This document shows positions 10,901-25,182 of a stretch of 64,000 nt of DNA, one piece after another. Source of the stretch: Histomonas meleagridis 2922-C6/04-290x (taxonomy: Eukaryota > Protista > Parabasalia). Position 1 is the first letter of the stretch, and every line of letters starts with the position of its first letter. Below the pieces are notes generated by a model, which saw only the letters and a list, made by a program, of their open reading frames with translations, made no database searches and was not told the DNA's origin. Position numbers and translations under genes: made by a program. The DNA lies in contig JAANOX010000052.1 of NCBI GenBank assembly GCA_020184695.1, positions 62,001 through 126,000 on the forward strand, in the 5' to 3' direction.

Positions 10901-13900
10901 AATTAAAAATCATAATAGGATATGAATTTGCATGTTGTAAATTTATTTTGATAAAATTAATACTAACCTTTTTAATCAAATTATTTGAAACAATTTGAAT
11001 TGAATAATTTTTAGTTGAATCACAAAACAACAAATCAAATTTAAGAGTTAATTTGAATATATAATATTCTTGAATATTTATTTCATTTATATCTTCCATA
11101 AATTTTGAGTTCACTGGTAAATTTTGAATAATTTTTGCCTGTTGTTTCTTAATTCCTGGGATTCCATGTATTTTGAAATATAATGGAACTTTCCATACAT
11201 TTTTCTGATCAGAATAATAAATATTTACGTTGTTAGTAAAGCTTTTTATTGAAAAATCATATATTTCAAATTTAAAATCGAATGGTAATATTTTTGTATC
11301 AATATGAATTAAAATCATGAAATTCGGCGTGAATGTTAAACATAAATTACAATGAAGTCTAGTCATTTCATCAACCGAAGGTATATTAATAACCACACGA
11401 TCATTGAATATATCCATAAGCGGTTTATTGGATCCATTATCATCAAGACTTATAATATCTGTAATAAACCTTAAATCTTCATTAATATAATAATTTTTAA
11501 GTTTAAATGTAATTGTTGATTTTGATAAAATTTCTTGACAACATAAATTATACATTCCATCTTCATATAATAAATTATATTCTTCACATACAAGAAGTAA
11601 TGATAATGGAATCAATTTGAAATTAAATTCACATGGAAGTATTAATTCTTTATATGATTGAGATGTAAAATGAATTTGTGTTGAAATATTTAATAAAGTA
11701 ATGTCATTATTTAAAATAGGCGGAAATGAAACAAGTAATTGGATAATATCACCTGGATTAATATTATGTTCAGTATAAAAAATATTTAAATATTCTTCCT
11801 GTTCTGTTTTAATATCTATTGAAAATGGTTCATCAATAAATGAAATAAAATTGATTGAAATATTTCCTTCATATAATGATGGTATAATTGGACCAATTGG
11901 ACAATAAAGTGATTTATAACAACATTGAATAGCTCCTTCAGATGATATATTTAATATTGGTGTGGATAAGATATTTGTATCATTTATTTGACTAAATGAT
12001 GGAAGATCATACAAATTTTTTGGTGTTATTGAAGGATATGGAATTTTATATGTATATGAAAATAGATTTTCTTTTAAATTGATATATTGCTTCCAAATGC
12101 TTTTAATATTATCTTTAATTTCAGAATTAAATTTTCCAAGAGAATTTTTTATATTTTCTAAGTTTTTTGGTAAATAAGAAATGTCATTATTATCTGGAAA
12201 ACTTGAATCATCTGTAAATTTTGGAGTTAAATCGTTTTGAAGACTGGTTATATCCTTCAATAATTCTTTAGGAATTTTAAAAATTTCTTGTTTTAAATCA
12301 TCTGAATTTTCTAATGTTTTAATTATAAGCTTTATTCCTGTATCAAGATTTGTATACATTTTATCGAGTGAAGATAAGAACTCTTCGGAAGAATGTTTAC
12401 CAAACAATATTTTTGGTGCATTATTTTCATAAAATCTTTTTTCTTCATTTGAAATCAATTCTTCCAAATCAATATTATCAGGAAATAAATAAAATTTTAT
12501 ATTCACATCACTAGAATAACTTATAAGTTCAACATGTGTAAAAGAATTTTCTTTTTTCCGTTGTATTATTTTTGAATTATTTTCATCCAGATTTGGATAA
12601 TTTTCTTCAAAATATTTTTTATATTCCTCAATTTGTTTTAATGTTTTGTCAGATACTTTTTCATTTTTCTCGATCTCATTTATATATTTTTTATATTTTT
12701 CTATCATCATTTTTAATTCATTGATTTTTTCTTTTCTTGTCATTTCACTTTTTGCCATTTCAATTTTAACATATTCATCTGTTTTATTTGTTTGGATATT
12801 TTTAATCATTTCAGAAAAATTGGTATTATTTGTATATTTTTTCTTCATTGTTTCAAGAAATGTTATTAGTTCTTTTATTTCATCTGAATTTATAACCTTT
12901 TTACAATTTTCTTTAATAAGTGATTGAATTTTATCATGAATAAATTTGTTGGGGTCAATAATAAATCGTAAGACATTTGATTCAGAGGGTTTTTTATTAA
13001 ATATTTCTTCTAAATTCGAATTAAACACTAATTTAACAATTTCTTTAATAAATGATTGAATATAATTATTTGTTATAAATCGATTATTTTCAAATTCTTT
13101 ATCTTCAGATAAAGAAAATAAAAATCCATACATTAATTTCGTGTTTTTATCAACAAATTCAGGTGGTACTGTTGGTAATAAAAGATTTAACCATTTAGTT
13201 CCTATATCTTCATTATTTAATAATTTTTCTTTAATTGTATTACTTATTTCCTCATTAAGAATTTGATTAATGTATGTATGTTCATTAATATTGAAAACAA
13301 CAAAATTAATTGAAGAAATAATTCTTAATATAAGAATCCAAAAAGGTAGTTTATCTTTCTCGAATATTTGTGATGAATAAATGGTTTGCATTTGTTGAGC
13401 ACATTTATGATTTTTACACAACCAATAAACTAATGATGGATATCTTTTGATAAATTCATTATTGTTTTTCCAATTTAATTTTAAGAATTCAACATCGTTA
13501 TATTTAAGTTCATGTGATTTAAATTTATCAAATTTTTCTGCAATTTGAAGCATATAAATTATAGAAGATAAAAGTTCTTTGTTATTATCATTCTTTTCTT
13601 TATATTTTTTTTGAATTAATACATTAATATCTTCTAATTGAGTTGTAGGATCATATTTTATATCATATAAATTTCGATATATTATTCTGGCAATTTCTAT
13701 TGAGCATTCATACATTGTATTAAATCTTGAGTTATAATTGAGATTCTTTAATTCACTAAAAATAGTAGGATAGTCATAATTTTTTATAAAAATTCCATTT
13801 CTTGCTATATTATCTCCTGAAAGATTAATGAACATAAATATAAAATCTTTAGGTTTAAATTTTGGTAAAGTAATTGAGAAATTAGGATGAAATTTATTTG

Positions 13901-14658
13901 CATGATCATAAGCCCATATAATTTCATTTTGACCTTTTTCATTTCTTTCCATTAATTGATTTAACAATTCATCAAGTTCAAAAATATAATTATCAAGTTT
14001 ATCTTGATGCATTTTGTATATAAAAGCTGCGTTTAAAGTTGCATACATAATATCATAATCATCTCCTTGAAGTCCTATTTCATTTGTTGATAGATTATTC
14101 ATTATACGACTTATTAACAATTTATATATACTTTCTATTTCTGGGAATTCATTTAAATCAAGTATCGTATGGATTATTTTTGTATTATTTTTGTCTATAA
14201 TTCTTTCGAAAATATTTGAAATTTTAGAATACCAAATAAGATGATCATAGATTTTAATTGAATCTGTACTTATGTTACTTATGATATATTTTGAATAATT
14301 AATTGGCCAATTAATTGAATTAGATTGATTTGAAGAATTTATATTTTGGATATAATCTAAAAATTCATTAACCTTTTGTAAGCACAAATTATAATGTTCT
14401 TCGGTTGGATTATTTTTAGAAATTTCACTTAAATAGTTTATAATTTGATGACGAATTATATCACATTTATTTACTTTGATTTGCATTAATTCATTTCTAA
14501 GATTATAGAATTTTTGCTGAAGTTTTAAAACTTCATTTTGATTAGTTATTGTATTTATTATTTGGTTTAAATGTATTTTTTCATTTTCAAGTAATTCGAT
14601 ATAAGGATTAATATTCCAAACTGATTTATCCTCAAATATAATATTTGATATTAAAATA

Positions 14659-14693
14659 TAGGGTGTTCAAAAAGTCCTGACCCCCCCTCCTAT
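14659..14693 (+). repeat. Left terminal inverted repeat of the mariner
   Basis: TAGGGTGTTCAAAAAGTCCTGACCCCCCCTCCTAT. Confidence 0.95.
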
Positions 14694-14864
14694 TATGGGC
14701 TGTGATTAGTTTATAAATAAAATATTCATATAATATTAAAATATAGTTAATGAAGATCTTATATATGTGAAATATGTGATTTTTTTGATTAATTGCATAT
14801 CGATAAATATTTAATTTAATTTTTGGTGACGCAAAAAATTTGAGAAGAACCGTCACTTTTTTTC

Positions 14865-15914
14865 ATGGATGCCGTCGAACAAAGATTCATTATTAAATTT
14901 CTCTTCCTCTCAGGAAAAAGATACAAAGCCATATACAGAGAAATGTTCACTGTCTTGGGAAATAATACAGTTCATATAAGTACAGTCAAAAGGTGGTGTA
15001 GAAAATTCAAAAAAATGGTGACTTTTTCATGCCTTGATGAGGAACGTACGGGGAGACCCCCATCTGATCTTGTTCATCCAATTTCAAAAATTCTTCAAAA
15101 GCAACCATTTATTTCAGCCCGCTTAATTGCAAAGCAATTATCAGTGACTCAAAATACTGTATTAAAAAGTTCTTTATGAGGACATGGGGTTGAGGCGCTT
15201 CACTAGGAAATGGGTCCCCCCATGATTTGACGGAAGAACAAAAATTGGAAGGAGTCGATATGTCAAAATCAATTTTAAAAAAAATATTAGAAAAAAAGCG
15301 GAAAAGAAAAAAATTTCATTAATATAATGACTGGGGATGAGTCATGGTTTTATTTTTAATTATCAAAGTTCTTATATGTATGCAGCATCACGAGATGAAG
15401 TGCCAACCCGTACCCAAAAAGAAAAATTGACAGTGAAAAAATCATGCTGACAATGTTCTTCAATGGAAATTCCCTATTATGCATTGATTTTCTACCAAAA
15501 GGAAAAAAATATAATCAACGCTATTTCATCGATAATATTATTGAAGAAATAATTAAAAATACAAATGAGGATGAGGATCAATTGGACTTAGATCAAATGA
15601 TGATTCATATGGACAATTGTAAAGTTCACAAAGGAAATTTAGTTCAACAAAAAAAATAAATCAAAGAAAGCTAAAAGCCATTCCGCACCCACCTTAGTCA
15701 CCAGAGATCAGCCCATGCGACTTTTGGTTATTTGGTTATTTAAAAAAATATTTGGAAGATAAAGAGATAAAATCGAAACATCAATTAAAAAAACTCAAAT
15801 TTTTAACGGCATGGGAACACGTCAATTTTTGAAGAGCTTCAAAGCGTGTTCTTGGAATGGATCAAAAGATTGAAGTGGATAATAGAAAACAATGGAGAAT
15901 ACTATATCACATAA
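14865..15914 (+). pseudogene. Mariner transposase (D,D34/35D), multiply frameshifted
   Basis: HTH N-terminus (MDAVEQRFIIKF), WVPH, TGDESW, HMDN, HPP*SPEISPCDFWLF and C-terminal NNGEYY. At least five frameshifts, mostly in A-runs, plus an in-frame TAG. Confidence 0.92.
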
Positions 15915-15950
15915 ATAAACAAGAATATCTAAAATTGTTTATTCATTGAG

Positions 15951-15985
15951 ATAGGAGGGGGGGTCATGACTTTTTGAACACCCTA
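15951..15985 (-). repeat. Right terminal inverted repeat of the mariner
   Basis: Reverse complement TAGGGTGTTCAAAAAGTCATGACCCCCCCTCCTAT matches the left TIR at 34/35. Confidence 0.95.
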
Positions 15986-18900
15986 TAATTTCTTGATCAA
16001 TTTTATGAATTTCATTTTCAGCAGAATTTATATTCATTTGTTGATCGATTTTATATGTATTGCTTTTAATTCTCCAAAGTATTGAATTTGGCTTTTCAAA
16101 ATTAATTAAAGCTTTAGAAAAATTCATTATTATATCCAAATTTTTATATTTTTCAATTTTATCAAATATTAATGAAATTGATTGGAGCATTTCTAATTCA
16201 AGAGGATGTAAAAATTGTTTTAATTCTGATATTTCATCTTTTGAAAATGAGTATATTAAAGTCCAAATATTACCAATTAAATTTGATTTTTCATAACTAA
16301 ATAATGATGATAATTGTCTTATATGATTATTTCGTGGATTTTCTACTCCAGATTCTGTATATTTATTAATAGCTTTACTTATATAATCATCATCCAAAAT
16401 TTGTTTGTTTGCACACAACAATTGTTCTTTACAAAATTGATAAACTGCTGCATTTCTTTTATTATAATCATAACTTGAGTTGGTATTTCCTTGTTCAAAA
16501 GGTAGAACGCACTTTCCTTTGATAATAATTTTTGTTTCTTTTGAAAGCAATAAAGAATCTTCTTGATTAAAAACAAATCTTAGATAAATAATATTTTTTT
16601 CTTTGTTAAATTTAAAATCATATGAATTATTTTTGACTTCAATTGTAAAACGTATTTTTGCTTGATACAAATCTTTAAATAAAGGCAACCAATAACAAAT
16701 ATATTCAAATGACGTTGAAATAAATTTATCATATGGAAATATTTTATCAATTAAAGGTATTAAATTTTGATTTTTTTTCAAATTTGATATAAATATATTA
16801 AACTCTTGTAGATTTTGATTTTTTAACATTTTATTTATAATTTTAATAATATTAAATAAATCTTGTTTGGCTAATTCATATGGAATATATTGTGTGAAAC
16901 ACTGAGAGTTCTCTTTTGCAAATCTAATTAATAATTGAAATTTAGAAATTGGTTGCATTATACTTTCAAATGAAAGCAAATCTTTGTCTTTAAGTTGCAG
17001 ATTTGAAATAGTTGAAATATCTAAACCTTCAAGCCCATTAATTATTTCTTTAAAAATATTTGAAACTATAATTATTGTATATAATTTTCCATAAATTAAT
17101 TTATTTTTATCTTTTTTATATTTATGTATATTTATTATATCTAATGTTTCATCAAAACATTTCTTAATATATTGGATATCACCGATTTGAATATTTTTAC
17201 ATTTATTAACAAAGGAATAAAATGAAAATGAAAAATTTGTAAATGATTTTTTATCTATAGATTGAATTTGAAGAAGATGTCTTAAAATTGCTTCATTACG
17301 ACTCTTTATATTTGATGTATTAATTTTTGATAATAAATTTTGTGAAGGTTCTTTAGTAAAATGATTTATCATTTGTTGTAGAAATTGTTGTTTTTTGCCT
17401 TGATTAACAAACGAATTCCAATATAGTCTTAAAGATTTACAAATAGGTACATAAATATTTTCAGATAAATCATTTTTATTTTCCTCTATCTTTTGATAAT
17501 GAATAAAATTTAATATTATAAATTTTAGTGTTCTTCCTGTAAATTCAATGTCACTAGCGAATAAATCATGTTCACTTTCACTTTTACTTTTGGAAAATGC
17601 ATGCATAAGTGCCATTCTTGCACCTATTTGAATAGAAAGCTTATTTGGAAATGAATTTTTAATCAATGACCCAAATAAAATTTGTGCAGAATATTCTATA
17701 TTGGAATCAATTGGTGGCAACGTAAATGAAACACATTTATTTAAGAATGATTGATCAATTGTTTTATTTTCATTTATTGCTGTTGGATTATAAGTCATAA
17801 TTAATCTAAAATCTTTATGAATTGTTCCATTTTTCTTAGAAAAATAATATCCTTTTCCGCATTCATATAAATTAAGTTCTGGTTCATCACCACAAAGTGA
17901 GGATATTTTCTCAGTAATTTCAGGTGGAGCTGATTCTATTCCATCAATTAAAACTATTTCTCCATTTTTAATTGCTTTAATTATAATTGAATCTATATGA
18001 TTAAATCTATTTGCTGGTTGAATTGCATCTTTTATAATTTGTTTGGCTTCATCCAGAAGTTCTTTTTGATCTTTTTGAAGATTTCTTGAATTAGTTTCAA
18101 ATTTTTCGATTTCTAAAATAAGATCTTTAAAATTATTAGGTTTCCATGCATTAGGGTTTTCATTGATATTATTTTTAATATAATTTTTAAGTTTATTAAA
18201 TTTATTAAGCTTTGAAAATGCATCCCTTAATAAATTAATTTCTTTTATAGATATTGAATTATCAAGAATTGATTGCCCTGTTAAAATTGAAATTCCTGTA
18301 TCTGCATTCATTTGATATATATAAAGCTTTTTACCAAGCATTTTAGCAAACAAGCGAATTGTATGCGATTTTCCTGATGCTGTATTTCCTTGAATAACAC
18401 AAGCACGATTTGCAAGATAAGAGCAAGCTAAAAACAATAAACAATGTTTTTCAGGAAGAGTTAAACATTCTATAATTGATTGTATTTCTTCTTTATTTAT
18501 TTTTTCAGTTATAATTGGTAAAATTATACCATTTTCATTATCTTGATTTATATAAATATTTAATTGTTTAGCTGGTAAGTTATAAATAAAAACTGGATTA
18601 AATTTCATTTCATTCATTTGAAGTGCATATAAAACTTTTCGAATGAATTCTTCTTGAGTAAAACGATATGCAAATAACATTTGTGAAATAATTATTTTAT
18701 CAAAATGTCCATAAGTTGCATTTCGAAAAATAATATATTTTGTTATATCATTTAATGTTAAATTATGAGTTATCAATGATTCATTGCATATATTATTTGT
18801 TTTTAAATATTGCTCAAAGAATAATGTTGCCTCGTCAAAATATGGCAAATCTTCAAATTGCTTTAAAACTATTTTAGAAATATCATCATTATTGGGATCA

Positions 18901-21900
18901 TAAACAATATGATAAAGTGATGAATATATTAATGATGTAGGCAAACGTTCACGATTTGAAAATCCATTTTGTGGATTAAATATTGCAACAAGATTCATTT
19001 TACCTTTTTTTAATATTAAACCATTTGATAATAAAATATTTTGATGATTATTGTCAAAAATACTCACCATTACTTCTAAAACAGCAGGCGATGCATTATT
19101 TATATTATGAAACACAATTATTGAATTAGATTGATTTGATTTCATTGCTTTAACAAGTTTTGTTTCAATTATACCAACACGAATATTATTATTATTATCT
19201 TTATCAATTGTTATTTTACCTAAAAGATCATCAACTTTTGTTGATTGTGATATAATAATATTTACAACTTCATAGCCCAAAAAATTAGCAATATAATTTA
19301 TAGCTGTTTGCTTACCTTGCCCTGGTTTACCTTCAAATATTACTGGTGTATTTGTGATTAATCCTAAATGAAGAACATCAATCATTTCTGTAAATTTTCC
19401 TGTAAATGCAATTTTTTGATTTCTTATTGATTCGTTTGTTGTTTTTAAAGATAACCCTGTAATTTTTGATTTATAACATTGTGGATTTTCTTCAAGTTTT
19501 ACGAATGGACATTCATTAAAGTTTTGCAATGTTGATGGTAAATCAATGTTTATATTTTTAAATAATTTTAAAAGGATTTCTCTTTGTTTTTGTCGTTCTA
19601 ATAAACCTGAACATAATCGATATATAATTATACTTAAAATTAATTTGGTTTGATCTTCTGAATTTTGAGTATTAAATTCATGTTTTAATTTACTTAACAT
19701 TTCAAAAGATTTAAGCATCTGTGGAAATTTAATTTGTTGCTTAAATTGATCATAAAATACTTTAGAGAAGTTTTGAAGTAAATCAATTTCTGGTTCTTTA
19801 CATTTTAATTGATTTATTCTTATATAACTTTCCAAAACAGTTTTTCTTTCTTCTTCTTTATATTCAGGAACAGCGATAACAGTAAAACGAGACAAAACTG
19901 CTTCTGATAGTTTATATGGTGAATTTGATGTTGCAATAATACGATAACTATGATTAAATTTTATTAATTCTTTATTATTTTCTGGTGTAAATGTATTATG
20001 AATATCTTCATTTAATGTTAAACTATGTTTACCTGAAAATAATTCATTAAATCTTTCAAGAACTATTGTTGGAAGATTTGATAAATTCTTTAATATTAAT
20101 GATTTTCTTTCAAGTATAGCAGATAAAAATAATCCTGGTCTAAATTCTAAAATAATATTTGATATAACACAATTATTTTGTTTATCATTTTCGAAAAGTT
20201 TTTCTGTTAAATGTTGAATTGCATAATGAAATGAATTTGGAAGTATTTTTATTCTATTATTTGTTAATTCTATAATTTCTTCTTTTGTTAAAGTCTTATT
20301 TAGTAATTTTTTTTGTAGTCCCAAATATTCATTATTTAGATAACACATTTTACAAATATATTCTAAATAAAATAATTTAGCTTCTTTATTTGTAAAGAAA
20401 CCTGAGGATCCTAATAATTGTGATACTGTTGATTCTTGATTTAATGTAATTACTTTAGCATCACATAAAAATTGTTGTGCTAAAAATGTCTTAAATCCTG
20501 AATTACCTATTAATAAAATTGATTCCGATGGATCTGATAATAGTAATTGAAATGCACAATTTAAAAAAGAACTTAACTTAATAAGATTTTTTAATTCCTT
20601 ATGTAAAGGAAATATAGTAATAGCAATTCCTGTGTTTCCTTTCATTAAAAATGTTAAATTATTTATTTTCTTAATTTCTGGTATAGATAAATAGCATTCT
20701 TTTAATTCATTTTTTGTATCATCTCTTAATGAAAAGACTTTAACAATTAAATTTAATATATCATCTAAAATATAATGAATATCATTTTCATTAACAGATG
20801 CTAATGTATAAAAAAGTATATGATGATAAAATGTTAAATTAGTATAATTATCATCATTTAAATCTTGATGATGTATACGAATAAATAATTTTGTTATATC
20901 ACGAAGTGACCATGGAGGAATTATTCTTTGTTTTAATTTATTTAATTCAAGCATATACTTACCAATTTGTTTTATATTAGTGTTATTAATTATTTTAATT
21001 TGCTCTCCATTTTTATAACAACTTTTTGCTATATCTAAACATATATTTGATATGTCATTTTCGGTTTGTTCAGGATAAGTAAAATATCGAAATCTTGATG
21101 AAATTGATTCTGGTATAGCATTACGTCCAATTGTACCAAGTTCATTTTGACATGCAATAAAAAAGAAATTATTATTTACAATAATTGATTCACCAAGTCC
21201 AGGAATAAAAATATTTCTACCTAAACTTGGTTCCAATGCAGGTGCTAATGTTTTCATACATCCTGTTGTTGATAAATTCATTTCATCTGCAATGAATGTT
21301 AAGCCTTCTTTCATAGAAATAGTTAAAGTTCCATTATAAAAATATACTTTTCCATCTTTAATAGTAGTAGTTCCATAAAATTGATTTGATTTTGTCCCAG
21401 AATGAAATGAATACATTTGAAATCGATTATGATATATTGAAATAATTGGACGAATAGTTGCAAATGCTCTTGCTGCTGATGTTTTTCCTGCACCTGTAGG
21501 ACCTGAAATACATACAGGTAAACCAATAAGTGATGCAGCAAATATTTTTGTAATAAATTCACAAAGAATTGAAGAATTTTCAAAGAAAAATTGATTATCA
21601 TCATTTAATTTATTTGTTTTATCTAATAATAGTTGTAAATTACTATGGATTTTTGGATTAGGTTGAAAATCTTCATTTTTCTTTAACATATTTATGGCAA
21701 ATTCCACAATATCTTTTTGATCTACGTTATTAATTAATAATTTGGAATAGATTACAACAGCTTTACATAAAAACGCAAGCCAATATATGGTCATTTTTGA
21801 TTTTATAAAACTATCATATATAAAATCTATTATTTCTGGAGTAAATTCAAGTGAATTATGATTGTTTTGATTAAATGTGCGTAAATCTGGATCAGAATTT

Positions 21901-24900
21901 TCTTCAAATATTTCATTTTCTTCTTCTTCCTCTACTTCATCATCATCGTCGAAGGTTTCTACTAAATCATCGTAACTACTTTCATTACTCTCAAAATTTA
22001 TTTCATTATAGGTTATTAAAATATCATCATCATTTTGTATATGAATATTATTATAAGGTTGTTCGAATTTCTTATATCTATTTAACAAAATGCTAATTAA
22101 TTCTTTTGTTTCAAGTTCATTTATTTCATTTAATTGATCTTCAAGTACAATTACGTCAAATCTATTTAAAAAAGCAGGAGAAATAAAATGTATTTTTTCA
22201 ATATCACAAGTACATAAAAGTCTAAAGTTCTTATGAATTGGAATTTGACTTTTTTGGGGATTTTCAGGAATATCAAACATCTTTTGTTCTCCATCATACG
22301 TTTGATCAAAAAGACTATTTAATCTTTCAGTTACTGTGGAAGGTGCTTCATCAATTGAATCAAGTACTGCACACTTACCATTTTGAATTGCTTGTGTAAG
22401 AAATCCTGGTTTCCATTGTATTAATTCATGCCCAGCTTTATTATTTTCAATTGGCTTTTGCTTTCCAATCAAATCAGAACAATTTATTTTTTCAGTGCAA
22501 ATACAAAAGAACTCTTTCGTTTTTTCATTTTCATTTTTGTTTTTTCCATCATACCATTCTGAAACCCATCTCGCTAATTGTGTTTTACCACAACCTTTTG
22601 CTCCAGTAAGAATTACATGACGATTATTACTAAATGAAAATAAGATTGATTTTAAAGCAATTGTAAGTGATTCATTATGAAAACATTCAGGAAAATCATC
22701 TGGATATTGGAAATCATTATTTTTATTTTGACTTAATGATGGATATTTTTGAAGCGTATTTTCAAGTTCTTTACGTAACTGTTTTTGATATCTTGCACCA
22801 TAAATTGTCATTATTGTTTCATTTATATTTGCACCATTAGAAATTGCTCGGACAGTTGCTGCTATTTCTCGAATTGTAAAACAATAAACATCTTCTGCAA
22901 CTTCGGGTTTTTCAGACCATTCCATATGAAAATCGACTAACTTTGTAATAATATCATTTTCATCATTATATTTAAAACTATTTACTAATCCTTTACCAAT
23001 TTTTAAAAGTTCTTCTTTATTAAATTGTGGGAAATTTATTATTTGAAAACGTGACAAAAATTTTAATCCTAAATCTTGTCTTTTGTTTGCAAATAATCCT
23101 TTGTTTGGATTTTGAGTTGCTATAAGTCTAAATTCTGGATGCATTTTGATTTCTTTTAATTGCATTCCAGGAATTTCAACACTAATTATACCACTATCAA
23201 GTGATTCTTCTATGCATTGTAACACAGAAGGCGAAGCTAAATTAATTTCATCTAATAATAAACAGTATCCTTCAGAAAAGGCTTGTAAAAATGGACCTGG
23301 TTTTACCACAATACCTGCCCATGAATCAAGTTCTCCAACATATCTTCCAAGTAAATCACTTATTTTAGTTTCAGAACTTAGATTGTATCGAATTAATGGT
23401 TTTTTCATTAATTTACACACAACTTCAGCACTAAATGTTTTGGATGTTCCTGTTGGCCCTTCAAGTAAAACTGGAATTCCTACAGTTAAACATTCATAAA
23501 GTTTTGATAATCTTTCTTTTGCGCCATCAGTAAATATAAAATTTTGCTTTGAAAGTTCTTCTTCATTATTAAAAGAATATGTAAAAGTATTTGCATTAAT
23601 TTCAATTTTTTTAGTGATTTCAGAAAAATCTAATTCTTCTATATCTTTAAAATATGGATCATATTGCAAGCTGTTTAATTTTTTTTGAGTGGGTTTATTG
23701 TGTTCATCGCTAATTTTTGCTTTATCTTTGTAATTTTTAATTCCATAATATAAAATTTCGTTGAAATCTTTTTCATCTTCATCATAATGTTTACTAAAAA
23801 TATCATTCAAAATAGTTTTATATGATATAGGTTCATTTTCATAAGAATATTCTTCTTCAGTAAGAAAGATTGTAGAAAAATCTTCTGGTTTTAAAGATAA
23901 AATTTCTTTATGTATTTCTTTAAAAGAAGGGCGTGACTCTGGGGTTTTATTTAAACATTGATAAATAAGAGAACAAATTTTATTTGGTATTTGTTGTGGT
24001 ATATTTGGTTTTGGGTCATTTATAATATATTGATATAAATTTTCATTTTTGCCTTCATTTGATTCGAAGATATCATAATTCGAAGTTAACAATTGTAACA
24101 TCAAAATTCCAAATGAATATACATCTGATTTTGTGTGTAAGCATCATTTAAAAGAATTTCTGGCGCCATGTAAATAATTGCGTTAATGTTTCTCTTAAAA
24201 TCATTTTTATAATCAATTTTATGCAGTTTGTAAAACATAAAATCTGATATTATTGGTTTGAAGTCATCCATTATGAATATGTTATAAGAAGTTAACCTTC
24301 CGTGTATTATACCATTTTCATGTAAAGACTTCATAAATGAAGCAATACCTTTTAATATCTTTAATTTTTGTAGTGTTACGTCTGGCACTATATTATTTTG
24401 TAAAATTCTTAGAAATATATACAAAGATCTATTTTCATAATAGGGTAAAATAAATCCTCCTGCACTTGAGTCTGTAGGCTTAATAATATAGTTAAGTTTT
24501 ATCATATGTGTGTGAGTAAATGAATTGTATTTATTATATAGTATTTCGAAAAAATCATGCGGAATCTTTTTAAATACATATATATTATCATAATTAAGAT
24601 CTTTTCTTTTGACCTTAATTGTTTGACCATTTCCCAATATGCTTAGTTCCTCGAAATTGTCTAAGGAATAAAATTCATGATTCATTCCAAAATGGATTCT
24701 TTAAATTTGCCAAAATAAGTGGGCAATATGAAGTGATTTTTGTTCAACTATCTATAGGAAAATTCAACGGCTGAGTTTATCAAAATTGTATTTGTGTACA
24801 CAAATAAAGTACTTTATTCAATCAGGATTTGAGCGTTGCCAATTTCCATTATCTGCAATATATTTAATATACATGAATTGTATTATAGTTTTGTTGACAA

Positions 24901-25182
24901 ACTAGGGAACGGATGTCTGTGGCTTATAAGAAACATTTTCATATGTTTTAATGTTATTTGTGTAGAATTATATTAATATTAACTCTATCAGCTATAACAT
25001 TAGGGTCTTGGATGATTGTTTTCTAATATTATTTGAATATTGCCAATATTTATTTGCAATTAGCGAATCAATTTTCAATAGATCACCAAGTGCACGAATC
25101 ATTTTTCATTTTATTACTTTAAATATACTAATAGTAAATTTTATTTTATCTTTTTCAGCAACTTTAAAAAACATAAAAAAGC

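Larger units (their letters stand above)
14659..15985 (+). mobile_element. Tc1/mariner DNA transposon, 1,327 bp, TA target-site duplication
   Basis: 35-bp TIRs with 1 mismatch, TA at 14657-14658 and 15986-15987. Removing the element plus one TA restores the host frame exactly. Confidence 0.95.
5385..24685 (-). pseudogene. Giant kinase-like + six AAA+ (midasin-like) + three vWA domain gene, about 5,990 codons, disrupted in this assembly
   Basis: Four track ORFs join into one frame after three repairs: add one A in the run at 24129-24132 (gives QKSDVYSFGILMLQ), remove the mariner plus one TA (gives DQEIILISNIIFEDK), and read through TAA at 6929-6927. Walker A motifs: GPTGTSKT, GAKGCGKT, GPTGAGKT, GNSGFKT (degenerate), GKPGQGKQ, GNTASGKS. 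vWA motifs: DCSSF..TDG, DPSIS..TDG, DTSGS..TDG. Confidence 0.85.

Noticed and set aside
14661-15983. Shorter transposon boundaries
   Set aside because: Excision under this model leaves a frameshift and stop in the host gene.
15939-15985. C-terminus GCSKSHDPPSYLNE of the 2721-aa ORF
   Set aside because: It is read-through into the transposon TIR, not a real protein end.
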